Source: a virus
Taxonomy: Duplodnaviria; Heunggongvirae; Uroviricota; Caudoviricetes
Reading direction: 5' to 3' (one strand)
DNA: 15,868 bases
Virus record (IMG/VR): IMGVR_UViG_2609460059_000001
Below the pieces are notes generated by a model, which was not told the DNA's origin, made no database searches, and was given only the letters and a program-made list of their open reading frames with translations. The stretch's first letter is position 1, and each line of letters begins with the position of its first letter. Shown here piece after piece: positions 8,171-15,868 of the stretch. Both the position numbers and the translations under genes were made by a program.

Positions 8171-11100
8171 ATGGGTAAAGGCAGCAGTAAGGGGCATACC
8201 CCGCGCGAAGCGAAGGACAACCTGAAGTCCACGCAGTTGCTGAGTGTGATCGATGCCATCAGCGAAGGGCCGATTGAAGGTCCGGGGGATGGATTAAAAA
8301 GCGTGCTGCTGAACAGTACGCCGGTGCTGGACAGTGAGGGGAATACCAATATCTCCGGCGTCACGGTGGTGTTCCGGGCAGGTGAGCAGGAGCAGACACC
8401 GCCGGAGGGATTTGAATCCTCCGGCTCCGAGACGGTGCTGGGTACGGAAGTGAAATATGACACGCCGATCACCCGGACCATCACGTCGGCAAACATTGAC
8501 CGTCTGCGTTTTACCTTCGGTGTGCAGGCACTGGTGGAAACCACCTCAAAGGGTGACCGGAATCCGTCGGAAGTCCGCCTGCTGGTTCAGATACAACGTA
8601 ACGGTGGCTGGGTGACGGAAAAAGACATTACCATTAAGGGCAAAACCACGTCGCAGTATCTGGCCTCGGTGGTGGTGGATAACCTGCCGCCGCGCCCGTT
8701 TAATATCCGGATGCGCAGGATGACGCCGGACAGCACCACAGACCAGCTGCAGAACAAAACGCTCTGGTCGTCATACACCGAAATCATCGATGTGAAACAG
8801 TGCTACCCGAACACGGCACTGGTCGGCGTACAGGTGGATTCGGAGCAGTTCGGCAGCCAGCAGGTGAGCCGTAATTATCATCTTCGCGGGCGCATTCTGC
8901 AGGTGCCGTCGAACTATAACCCGCAGACGCGGCAATACAGCGGTATCTGGGACGGAACGTTTAAGCCAGCATACAGCAACAACATGGCCTGGTGTCTGTG
9001 GGATATGCTGACCCACCCGCGCTACGGCATGGGTAAACGTCTTGGTGCGGCAGATGTGGATAAATGGGCGCTGTACGTCATCGGCCAGAATTGCGACCAG
9101 TCGGTGCCGGACGGCTTTGGTGGCACGGAGCCGCGCATCACCTGTAACGCTTACCTGACTACGCAGCGTAAAGCGTGGGATGTTCTCAGCGATTTCTGCT
9201 CGGCGATGCGCTGTATGCCGGTATGGAACGGGCAGACGCTGACGTTCGTGCAGGACCGACCGTCGGATAAGGTGTGGACCTATAACCGCAGTAATGTGGT
9301 GATGCCGGATGATGGCGCGCCATTCCGCTACAGCTTCAGCGCCCTGAAGGACCGCCATAATGCCGTTGAGGTGAACTGGATTGACCCGAATAACGGCTGG
9401 GAGACGGCGACAGAGCTTGTTGAAGATACGCAGGCCATTGCCCGTTACGGTCGTAATGTCACGAAGATGGATGCCTTTGGCTGTACCAGCCGGGGGCAGG
9501 CACACCGCGCCGGGCTGTGGCTGATTAAAACGGAACTGCTGGAGACGCAGACCGTGGATTTCAGCGTGGGTGCTGAAGGGCTTCGCCATGTACCGGGCGA
9601 TGTCATTGAAATCTGCGATGATGACTATGCCGGTATCAGCATCGGCGGGCGCGTGCTGGCGGTAAACAGCCAGACCCGGACGCTGACGCTCGACCGTGAA
9701 ATCACTCTGCCATCCTCCGGTACCACGCTGATAAGCCTGGTTGACGGAAGTGGCAATCCGGTCAGCGTGGAGGTTCAGTCCGTCACCGACGGCGTGAAGG
9801 TGAAAGTGAGCCGTGTTCCTGACGGCGTTGCTGAATACAGCGTGTGGGGGCTGAAGCTGCCGACGCTGCGCCAGCGCCTGTTCCGCTGCGTGAGTATCCG
9901 TGAGAACGACGACGGCACGTATGCCATCACCGCCGTGCAGCATGTACCGGAAAAAGAAGCCATCGTGGATAACGGGGCGCACTTTGACGGCGACCAGAGC
10001 GGCACGGTGAATGGTGTCACGCCGCCAGCGGTGCAGCACCTGACCGCCGAAGTCACCGCAGACAGCGGGGAATATCAGGTGCTGGCGCGCTGGGACACGC
10101 CGAAGGTGGTGAAGGGCGTGAGCTTCCTGCTCCGTCTGACCGTAACAGCGGATGACGGCAGTGAGCGGCTGGTCAGCACGGCCCGGACGACGGAAACCAC
10201 ATACCGCTTCAGGCAGCTGGCGCTGGGAAATTACAGGCTGACAGTCCGGGCGGTAAATGCATGGGGACAGCAGGGCGATCCTGCATCGGTATGGTTCCGG
10301 ATCGCCGCACCGGCAGCGCCGTCGCGGATTGAGCTGACGCCGGGCTATTTTCAGATAACCGCCACGCCGCATCTTGCCGTTTATGACCCGACGGTACAGT
10401 TTGAGTTCTGGTTCTCGGAAAAGCGGATTACCGATATCAGGCAGGTTGAAACCACAGCCCGCTATCTTGGTACGGCGCTGTACTGGATAGCCGCCAGTAT
10501 CAATATCAAACCGGGCCATGATTATTACTTTTATATCCGCAGTGTGAACACCGTTGGCAAATCGGCATTCGTGGAGGCCGTCGGTCGGGCGAGCGATGAT
10601 GCGGAAGGTTACCTGGATTTTTTCAAAGGCAAGATAACCGAATCCCATCTCGGCAAGGAGCTGCTGGAAAAAGTCGAGCTGACGGAGGATAACGCCAGCA
10701 GACTGGAGGAGTTTTCGAAAGAGTGGAAGGACGCCAACGATAAGTGGAATGCCATGTGGGCTGTCAAAATTGAGCAGACCAAAGACGGCAAACATTATGT
10801 CGCGGGTATTGGCCTCAGCATGGAGGACACGGAGGAAGGCAAACTGAGTCAGTTTCTGGTTGCCGCTAACCGTATCGCATTTATTGACCCGGCAAACGGG
10901 AATGAAACGCCGATGTTTGTGGCGCAGGGCAATCAGATATTCATGAACGACGTGTTCCTGAAGCGCCTGACGGCCCCCACCATTACCAGTGGTGGCAGTC
11001 CTCCGGTATTTTCCCTGACATCAGACGGAAAGCTGACCGCTAAAAATGCGGATATCAGTGGCAGTGTGAATGCGAACTCAGGAACGCTCAACAATGTCAC

Positions 11101-11584
11101 GATTAACCAGAACTGTACGATTAAGGGCATGCTGGAGGCGACCCAGGTCAGAGGGGATTTCGTTAAAGCTGTATCAAAAGCCTTCCCGAAAAAAGTCGGT
11201 ACGTGGGGTAACACGGAAACACCAGACGGTACGGTTACAGTCACCATCAGCGATGATCATAACTTTGACCGCCAGATTATTATTCCGCCCATTATTTTTA
11301 ACGGTATAGCGTATGACGATCCGGGGAGCGGAAATAACCCGGGAGGCACGCGATACACGGGTTATGGTTTTGAAGTTCGCAAAAACGGCATATTAATCGC
11401 ATCCAGAGAAACTAAAGGGGCCATTCCCGGTAGTTACAGTGCAGTTATTGATATGCCTAGTGGTGGTGGTAGCGTCACTCTGGAGTTTAAGATTTTCCAG
11501 AAAGGCAATCAGGGGGCAGGCAATATCACCGACTGTACGGTGATTGTGACCAAAAAAGCGGCTTCCGGCATCAGTATTCGTTGA
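8171..11584 (+). CDS. J: central tail fibre / host specificity protein J
   Basis: 1137 aa. The N-terminus [38 protein letters not shown] is lambda J-like, as are internal regions (fibronectin-III-like segments, [17 protein letters not shown]). GGAG lies 8 nt upstream of the ATG. The last ~150 codons are visibly lower in GC. Confidence 0.95.
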   Translation: MGKGSSKGHTPREAKDNLKSTQLLSVIDAISEGPIEGPGDGLKSVLLNSTPVLDSEGNTNISGVTVVFRAGEQEQTPPEGFESSGSETVLGTEVKYDTPITRTITSANIDRLRFTFGVQALVETTSKGDRNPSEVRLLVQIQRNGGWVTEKDITIKGKTTSQYLASVVVDNLPPRPFNIRMRRMTPDSTTDQLQNKTLWSSYTEIIDVKQCYPNTALVGVQVDSEQFGSQQVSRNYHLRGRILQVPSNYNPQTRQYSGIWDGTFKPAYSNNMAWCLWDMLTHPRYGMGKRLGAADVDKWALYVIGQNCDQSVPDGFGGTEPRITCNAYLTTQRKAWDVLSDFCSAMRCMPVWNGQTLTFVQDRPSDKVWTYNRSNVVMPDDGAPFRYSFSALKDRHNAVEVNWIDPNNGWETATELVEDTQAIARYGRNVTKMDAFGCTSRGQAHRAGLWLIKTELLETQTVDFSVGAEGLRHVPGDVIEICDDDYAGISIGGRVLAVNSQTRTLTLDREITLPSSGTTLISLVDGSGNPVSVEVQSVTDGVKVKVSRVPDGVAEYSVWGLKLPTLRQRLFRCVSIRENDDGTYAITAVQHVPEKEAIVDNGAHFDGDQSGTVNGVTPPAVQHLTAEVTADSGEYQVLARWDTPKVVKGVSFLLRLTVTADDGSERLVSTARTTETTYRFRQLALGNYRLTVRAVNAWGQQGDPASVWFRIAAPAAPSRIELTPGYFQITATPHLAVYDPTVQFEFWFSEKRITDIRQVETTARYLGTALYWIAASINIKPGHDYYFYIRSVNTVGKSAFVEAVGRASDDAEGYLDFFKGKITESHLGKELLEKVELTEDNASRLEEFSKEWKDANDKWNAMWAVKIEQTKDGKHYVAGIGLSMEDTEEGKLSQFLVAANRIAFIDPANGNETPMFVAQGNQIFMNDVFLKRLTAPTITSGGSPPVFSLTSDGKLTAKNADISGSVNANSGTLNNVTINQNCTIKGMLEATQVRGDFVKAVSKAFPKKVGTWGNTETPDGTVTVTISDDHNFDRQIIIPPIIFNGIAYDDPGSGNNPGGTRYTGYGFEVRKNGILIASRETKGAIPGSYSAVIDMPSGGGSVTLEFKIFQKGNQGAGNITDCTVIVTKKAASGISIR

Positions 11585-11606
11585 AATATTTATAACCCCA
11601 ATAAAG

Positions 11607-11630
11607 GGCGTCAGGAATGACGCCTTTTTT
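11607..11630 (+). terminator. rho-independent terminator after J
   Basis: GGCGTCA, GGAA loop, TGACGCC, followed by TTTTTT (11625-11630). Confidence 0.8.
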
Positions 11631-11654
11631 ATTGCAGAAAAGCGAGAGGTAATT

Positions 11655-12254
11655 ATGCGTAAAGTTTGTGCAGCAATTTTGTCCGCAGCCATTTGTCTGG
11701 CCGTATCCGGTGCGCCTGCATGGGCGTCTGAACATCAGTCCACGCTGAGCGCGGGGTATCTTCATGCCTCGACGAACGTCCCCGGCAGTGATGATCTGAA
11801 CGGGATTAACGTGAAATACCGTTATGAGTTTACGGATACGTTGGGGCTGGTGACGTCATTCAGCTATGCAGGAGACAAGAATCGCCAGCTGACCCGTTAC
11901 AGCGATACCCGCTGGCATGAAGATTCCGTTCGTAACCGCTGGTTCAGCGTAATGGCGGGGCCGTCTGTGCGCGTGAATGAATGGTTCAGCGCGTATGCGA
12001 TGGCGGGTGTGGCTTACAGCCGTGTGTCGACTTTCTCCGGGGATTATCTCCGCGTAACTGACAACAAGGGGAAAACGCACGATGTGCTGACCGGAAGTGA
12101 TGACGGTCGCCACAGCAACACGTCTCTGGCGTGGGGAGCTGGCGTGCAGTTTAACCCGACCGAATCCGTGGCCATTGATATTGCTTATGAAGGCTCCGGC
12201 AGTGGCGACTGGCGCACTGACGGTTTCATCGTGGGTGTCGGTTATAAGTTCTGA
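11655..12254 (+). CDS. lom: Lom outer membrane protein (Ail/Lom/OmpX family beta-barrel)
   Basis: 199 aa with an N-terminal signal peptide (MRKVCAAILSAAICLAVSGAPAWA). The C-terminus IAYEGSGSGDWRTDGFIVGVGYKF matches lambda Lom as recalled, as does the internal GINVKYRYE motif. The gene sits between J and stf as in lambda. Confidence 0.9.
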   Translation: MRKVCAAILSAAICLAVSGAPAWASEHQSTLSAGYLHASTNVPGSDDLNGINVKYRYEFTDTLGLVTSFSYAGDKNRQLTRYSDTRWHEDSVRNRWFSVMAGPSVRVNEWFSAYAMAGVAYSRVSTFSGDYLRVTDNKGKTHDVLTGSDDGRHSNTSLAWGAGVQFNPTESVAIDIAYEGSGSGDWRTDGFIVGVGYKF

Positions 12255-12281
12255 TTAGCCAGGTAACACAGTGTTATGACA

Positions 12282-12307
12282 GCCCGCCGGTTCAGGCGGG
12301 CTTTTTT
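12282..12307 (+). terminator. rho-independent terminator after lom
   Basis: GCCCGCC, GGTTCA loop, GGCGGGC, followed by TTTTTT (12302-12307). Confidence 0.8.
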
Positions 12308-12318
12308 GTGGAGTGGAT

Positions 12319-14697
12319 ATGGCAGCAGTAAAAATCTCAGGTGTGCTGAAAGATGGTGCGGGAAAACCAATACAGAACTGCACTATTCAACTGAAGGCAA
12401 AGCGTAACAGCACCACGGTACTGGTGAACACGGTGGCCTCTGAAAATCCGGATGAAGCCGGACGTTACAGCATGGATGTTGAGTATGGCCAGTACAGCGT
12501 CACCCTGCTGGTTGAAGGTTTTCCGCCTTCACATGCCGGGACCATTACCGTCTATGAAGGTTCCAGACCAGGTACGCTGAATGATTTTCTCGGCGCCATG
12601 ACGGAAGATGATGTCATGCCGGAGGCATTGCGTCGTTTTGAGGAAATGGTGGAAGAAGCGGCACGCAACGCTGAAGCCGCCTCTCAGAGCGCAGCGGCGG
12701 CAAAGAAATCCGAAACTGCAGCGGCATCATCGAAGAACGCGGCGAAAACCTCAGAAACGAATGCAGCTAACAGCGCACAGGCGGCAGCGACCTCACAGAC
12801 TGCATCGGCAAACTCCGCGACAGCAGCCAAAAAATCAGAAACCAACGCGAAAAACAGCGAGACAGCCGCAAAGACGAGCGAAACCAACGCAAAGTCCAGC
12901 CAGACGGCAGCGAAGACCAGCGAAACGAATGCCAAAGCCAGTGAAACTGCGGCAAAAAACAGCCAGGTTGCAGCAGCCCAAAGCGAGAGCGCGGCAGCCG
13001 GTTCTGCGACTTCAGCAGCTGGATCAGCAACTGCTGCGGCTAACAGCCAGAAAGCTGCGAAGACGAGTGAAACTAACGCAAAGTCCAGCCAGACGGCAGC
13101 GAAGACCAGCGAAACGAATGCCAAAGCCAGTGAAACTGCGGCGAAAAACAGTCAGGATGCTGCAGCCCAAAGCGAGAGTGCCGCAGCTGGTTCTGCAAGT
13201 GCGGCGGCTTCTTCTGCCACTGCATCAGCCAACAGTCAAAAAGCTGCAAAAACCAGTGAAACCAACGCAAAGGCGAGCGAGACTGCGGCGGCTAACTCGG
13301 CGAAAGCATCCGCTGCAAGCCAGACGGCTGCAAAAGCAAGTGAAGACGCAGCCAGAGAGTATGCAAGCCAGGCTGCGGAGCCGTATAAACAAGTTTTGCA
13401 GCCGCTTCCAGATGTGTGGATACCGTTTAACGATTCACTGGATATGATTACGGGCTTTTCGCCATCATATAAAAAGATTGTTATTGGTGATGATGAAATA
13501 ACGATGCCTGGTGACAAGGTTGTTAAGTTTAAACGCGCATCGAAAGCAACCTATATTAATAAATCTGGTGTACTGACAGAGGCTGCCATTGACGAGCCGC
13601 GATTTGAACGTGATGGCCTGCTTATTGAGGGGCAAAGAACTAATCTTCTGCTTAATTCAACAAATCCATCTAAATGGAATAAGTCAGGCAATCTGGAACT
13701 CACAGAAATATCCACGGATTATTTTAATTTTACTTATGGGAGATTTACTGTAAAAGATACTCTTATTGATCAGACAAGTGCGATTAATATCGTAACGGTT
13801 TCTGGCAGTAAAGGATTTGATGTCACAGGTGATGAAAAATATGTGACCATTTCATGCCGTGTCAGAAGTGATGTTGAAAATATAAGGTGTCGTTTAAGAT
13901 TTGAACATCATGATGGTTCTACTTACACTTTTTTGGGAGATGCTTACCTCAATTTATCAACACTTGTAATTGATAAGACTGGTGGTGCAGCAAATCGTAT
14001 TATTGCAAAGGCTGTAAAAGATGAGGCTACTGGTTGGATTTTCTATCAGGCTACAATTAATGCACTAGATACAGAGAGCATGATTGGTGCGATGGTTCAA
14101 TATGCTCCAGTAAAAGGTTCAGGCACAGCATCTGGAGACTATCTGGATATCGCAACTCCACAAGTGGAAGGTGGATCAAGTGCTTCGTCATTTATTGTAA
14201 CTGATATAACTGCAAGCACTCGCGCAAGCGATATGGTGACAGTCCCAATCAAGAATAACCTTTATAATCTTCCTTTTACGGTTCTTTGTGAGGTACATAA
14301 GAACTGGTATAAAACGCCAAATGCAGCGCCACGTGTTTTTGATACCGGTGGTCATCAAACCGGAGCGGCTATTATTCTTGGCTTCGGTCGTTCAACAGAT
14401 TATGACGGATTTCCTTATTGCGATATTGGAGGAGCTAACAGACGGGTAAACGAAAACGCATTGCTTGAAAAAATGGTTATGGGGATGCGTGTAAAGTCAG
14501 ATCAGTCTACGTGCTCAGTAAGTAACGGGCGTATATCCAGCGAAACAAAAGCCACATGGTCCTATATTCAGAACACCGCAATTATCCGTATTGGAGGCCA
14601 GACTACAGCCGGGTTACGTCATTTATTTGGTCATGTCAGGAATTTCAGAATATGGCACAAGGCATTGACTGATGCTCAGGTGGGGGAGTTAATCTAA
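12319..14697 (+). CDS. stf: side tail fibre protein (Stf-like) with a non-lambda distal domain
   Basis: The N-terminus MAAVKISGVLKDGAGKPIQNCTIQLKAKRNSTTV...GQYSVTLLVEGFPPSHAGTITVYEG is lambda Stf-like. The shaft is built of Ala/Ser/Thr-rich heptad repeats (xSETNAx). The distal ~430 aa is AT-rich and ends GHVRNFRIWHKALTDAQVGELI, reminiscent of the C-terminal signature of Laminin_G_3 / ConA-like lectin domains. The ATG at 12319 has GGAG 5 nt upstream; the longest ORF starts at GTG 12313. Confidence 0.85.
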   Translation: MAAVKISGVLKDGAGKPIQNCTIQLKAKRNSTTVLVNTVASENPDEAGRYSMDVEYGQYSVTLLVEGFPPSHAGTITVYEGSRPGTLNDFLGAMTEDDVMPEALRRFEEMVEEAARNAEAASQSAAAAKKSETAAASSKNAAKTSETNAANSAQAAATSQTASANSATAAKKSETNAKNSETAAKTSETNAKSSQTAAKTSETNAKASETAAKNSQVAAAQSESAAAGSATSAAGSATAAANSQKAAKTSETNAKSSQTAAKTSETNAKASETAAKNSQDAAAQSESAAAGSASAAASSATASANSQKAAKTSETNAKASETAAANSAKASAASQTAAKASEDAAREYASQAAEPYKQVLQPLPDVWIPFNDSLDMITGFSPSYKKIVIGDDEITMPGDKVVKFKRASKATYINKSGVLTEAAIDEPRFERDGLLIEGQRTNLLLNSTNPSKWNKSGNLELTEISTDYFNFTYGRFTVKDTLIDQTSAINIVTVSGSKGFDVTGDEKYVTISCRVRSDVENIRCRLRFEHHDGSTYTFLGDAYLNLSTLVIDKTGGAANRIIAKAVKDEATGWIFYQATINALDTESMIGAMVQYAPVKGSGTASGDYLDIATPQVEGGSSASSFIVTDITASTRASDMVTVPIKNNLYNLPFTVLCEVHKNWYKTPNAAPRVFDTGGHQTGAAIILGFGRSTDYDGFPYCDIGGANRRVNENALLEKMVMGMRVKSDQSTCSVSNGRISSETKATWSYIQNTAIIRIGGQTTAGLRHLFGHVRNFRIWHKALTDAQVGELI
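12871..13248 (+). repeat. in-frame tandem duplication of a 189-bp (63-aa) unit inside the stf shaft, itself built of degenerate 21/42-bp sub-repeats
   Basis: Two copies at 189-bp offset. The first ~75 bp are near-identical (aagacgag(c/t)gaaac(c/t)aacgcaaagtccagccagacggcagcgaagaccagcgaaacgaatgccaaagccagtgaaactgcggc) and the rest has scattered substitutions. The protein copies read KTSETNAKSSQTAAKTSETNAKASETAAKNSQ(V/D)AAAQSESAAAGSA... Confidence 0.85.
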
Positions 14698-14978
14698 TGA
14701 AAGATTTAACACTCAAATTTGTCGACAGGGCCGACTTTTCGGCCTTTATGGAGAGTATCGGCTATTATGATGATGAGTCGATGCAGGATGATATTCTTAT
14801 TGACGTGATAGGTAACGTGTACAAAGAAACCGGAGAACTTACCGAAGATGGCGAGCCGGTATGTGTTAAGGAAGACGGATATTTTGTAAACGTGCGCATC
14901 ATTAATGATGCAAAAAAATCGTCAATATTCGATGAATACGTGGTTGCTGTTGAGCATCAACTTCGTGGCTGGATGTGA
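14697..14978 (+). CDS. hypothetical acidic 93-aa protein, translationally coupled to stf (possible fibre chaperone or accessory protein)
   Basis: The ATG overlaps the stf stop (TAATG) and GGGGGAG lies 8-9 nt upstream. Low GC like the stf distal domain. Very acidic (D/E-rich). No recognisable family; it occupies the position of tfa but does not resemble lambda Tfa. Confidence 0.5.
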   Translation: MKDLTLKFVDRADFSAFMESIGYYDDESMQDDILIDVIGNVYKETGELTEDGEPVCVKEDGYFVNVRIINDAKKSSIFDEYVVAVEHQLRGWM

Positions 14979-14987
14979 GGAAGAAAA

Positions 14988-15671
14988 ATGGCTACATCGA
15001 CAGTAATTCCTGAAGACATCAAAACGCTAAAATCCGACGTTAGCAAATTAAAAAACGATCAAGGAAGCTACGCAACAAAATCATATGTAGACAGCAAAGA
15101 TGAAACCGTTGGTGACTGGTCTGCTTCATGGTATCAGCAGGTATTGCCAACTAGCGGAGCTATATTTGGGAGAAAACTCCGCTCAACTCACAGGACGGCA
15201 GGTGTTGAGGATGCGTATTGCGAACTATACCTCAAAAAATGGATAGACAGTCCAGGTAACGCAATGGCGCGCCTTAACCTGAACGATAACGGGACAAACA
15301 TTTGCTGGGACTTTACCAACCTTTATGGCGGTACGATGATTTTTCCCGGTGACAGCGGATACCTCAAAATGGGTAACTGCCTTATGTCATACAGTAAGCG
15401 TGGAAGTAACGCGCTTATTAAATTTGATTACACCGACACATTACAGATCAAATATGCCAATCATGGGTCAACCATGACATTAAACACACAGGGAACCGCT
15501 TATGCTGGTGTTACTGCTCAATTGTGGGGCAACTCCAGCCGTCCTGTTGTTTATGAAGTCGGTGTTGATGGTGGCGCTTATATGTTCTATGCGCAGAAAA
15601 CTACCAGCAATACCTACGAATTAACGGTTAACGGCGCGTGCAATGCAAGTGCATCAAACCCGGTTGTATGA
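14988..15671 (+). CDS. hypothetical 227-aa protein, possible tail-fibre-associated adhesin or moron
   Basis: RBS GAGGAAG 4 nt upstream of the ATG. The N-terminus has a short coiled-coil-like stretch (PEDIKTLKSDVSKLKND) followed by a Gly/Asn/Thr/Tyr-rich region typical of beta-rich receptor-binding domains. Low GC. The last 7 codons and the stop lie inside the left arm of the palindrome. Confidence 0.5.
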   Translation: MATSTVIPEDIKTLKSDVSKLKNDQGSYATKSYVDSKDETVGDWSASWYQQVLPTSGAIFGRKLRSTHRTAGVEDAYCELYLKKWIDSPGNAMARLNLNDNGTNICWDFTNLYGGTMIFPGDSGYLKMGNCLMSYSKRGSNALIKFDYTDTLQIKYANHGSTMTLNTQGTAYAGVTAQLWGNSSRPVVYEVGVDGGAYMFYAQKTTSNTYELTVNGACNASASNPVV

Positions 15672-15868
15672 AGATCACTGGCGTCCAATGGAAGTCGCTT
15701 TTGGTCAGCAAGGTTACAGCGAATATTTTGACGCATAAAACTGTCAAAATATTCGCTGTAACCTTGCTGACCAAAAGCGACTTCCATTGGACGCCAGTGA
15801 TCTTCATACAACCGGGTTTGATGCTCTGGTTCGAGGCCCATCAGAATAAAATTGCGCACCAGATCGGC
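15614..15868 (-). CDS. possible 3' end of a convergent minus-strand gene, open to the window edge; real extent uncertain because it reads through the palindrome
   Basis: The minus-strand frame is open from the window edge to the stop at 15614. Across the right arm it encodes protein-like sequence (...ADLVRNFILMGLEPEHQTRLYEDHWRPMEVAFGQQGYSEYFD...). The part read across the left arm is just the inverted copy and may not be genuine coding sequence. Confidence 0.25.
   Translation of the reverse strand, partial: ADLVRNFILMGLEPEHQTRLYEDHWRPMEVAFGQQGYSEYFDSFMRQNIRCNLADQKRLPLDASDLHTTGFDALALHAPLTVNS
15651..15824. repeat. perfect inverted repeat / palindrome: 82-bp arms (15651-15732 and 15743-15824) around a 10-bp non-symmetric spacer (15733-15742, gcataaaact)
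   Basis: Checked base by base: every position i in the left arm is complementary to position 31475-i in the right arm, with no mismatches. The symmetry breaks at 15650/15825. Confidence 0.95.

Noticed and set aside
8771-10795. 674-aa ORF on the minus strand, antisense to J
   Set aside because: It lies entirely inside the J gene, has an Arg/Pro/Gly/His-rich low-complexity translation typical of antisense frames in GC-rich coding DNA, and has no RBS or genomic context. It is a frame artefact.
12313-12318. GTG at 12313 as the stf start (longest ORF)
   Set aside because: The GGAG Shine-Dalgarno sequence (12310-12313) overlaps this codon. The ATG at 12319 has proper 5-nt spacing and gives the lambda Stf-like N-terminus MAAVKISGVL.
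12650-13350. Possible CRISPR array suggested by regularly repeating sequence
   Set aside because: The repeats are in-frame coding repeats of 21/42/189 bp with no unique spacers of CRISPR size between conserved units, they lie inside a tail fibre ORF, and no cas genes are present.
12608-13447. 279-aa Arg/Lys/Gln-rich ORF on the + strand and antisense ORFs (12684-13124, 12767-13030, 13073-13270, 13236-13517) within the stf repeat region
   Set aside because: These are alternative-frame readings of the repetitive Ala/Ser/Thr-coding shaft. The repeats keep all frames open. The stf frame is the only one continuous with the conserved N- and C-terminal domains.
15651-15824. Palindrome as a protelomerase target or hairpin telomere of an N15-like linear plasmid prophage
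   Set aside because: Protelomerase sites and resolved hairpin telomeres are dyad-symmetric through their centre. Here the central 10 bp (gcataaaact) is not self-complementary, the arms are far longer than known tel sites, and unique sequence continues on both sides. It is not excluded experimentally.
1-15868. Integrase, excisionase, attachment site, transposase or insertion sequence within the window
   Set aside because: No ORF resembles a recombinase or transposase and no terminal inverted repeats with target-site duplications were seen. The window covers only the late tail region of the prophage.

Overview
The window is a contiguous tail-morphogenesis module of a lambdoid (lambda-like) prophage from an enterobacterial genome, with every credible gene on the + strand. 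Gene order: 3' end of a tail-completion gene, tail terminator (U-like), major tail protein, tail assembly chaperone G with a -1 frameshift G-T fusion, tape measure protein (H), tail tip proteins M, L, K, I, the central tail fibre/host specificity protein J, the Lom outer-membrane moron flanked by two intrinsic terminators, and a side tail fibre (Stf). The side tail fibre has a lambda-like N-terminus, a repeat shaft and an AT-rich distal domain that appears foreign. No lambda-type tfa gene follows it; instead there are two low-GC ORFs of unknown function. The window ends in a perfect 174-bp palindrome (82-bp arms, 10-bp spacer) that overlaps the 3' end of the last + strand ORF and an open minus-strand frame running to the window edge. 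No rRNA, tRNA, CRISPR array, integrase or transposase was recognised. Family assignments rest on reading the translated ORFs, gene order and motifs by eye; the lambda comparisons come from recalled reference sequences and no database search was run. The palindrome and the two unknown ORFs behind the fibre are the most interesting features.
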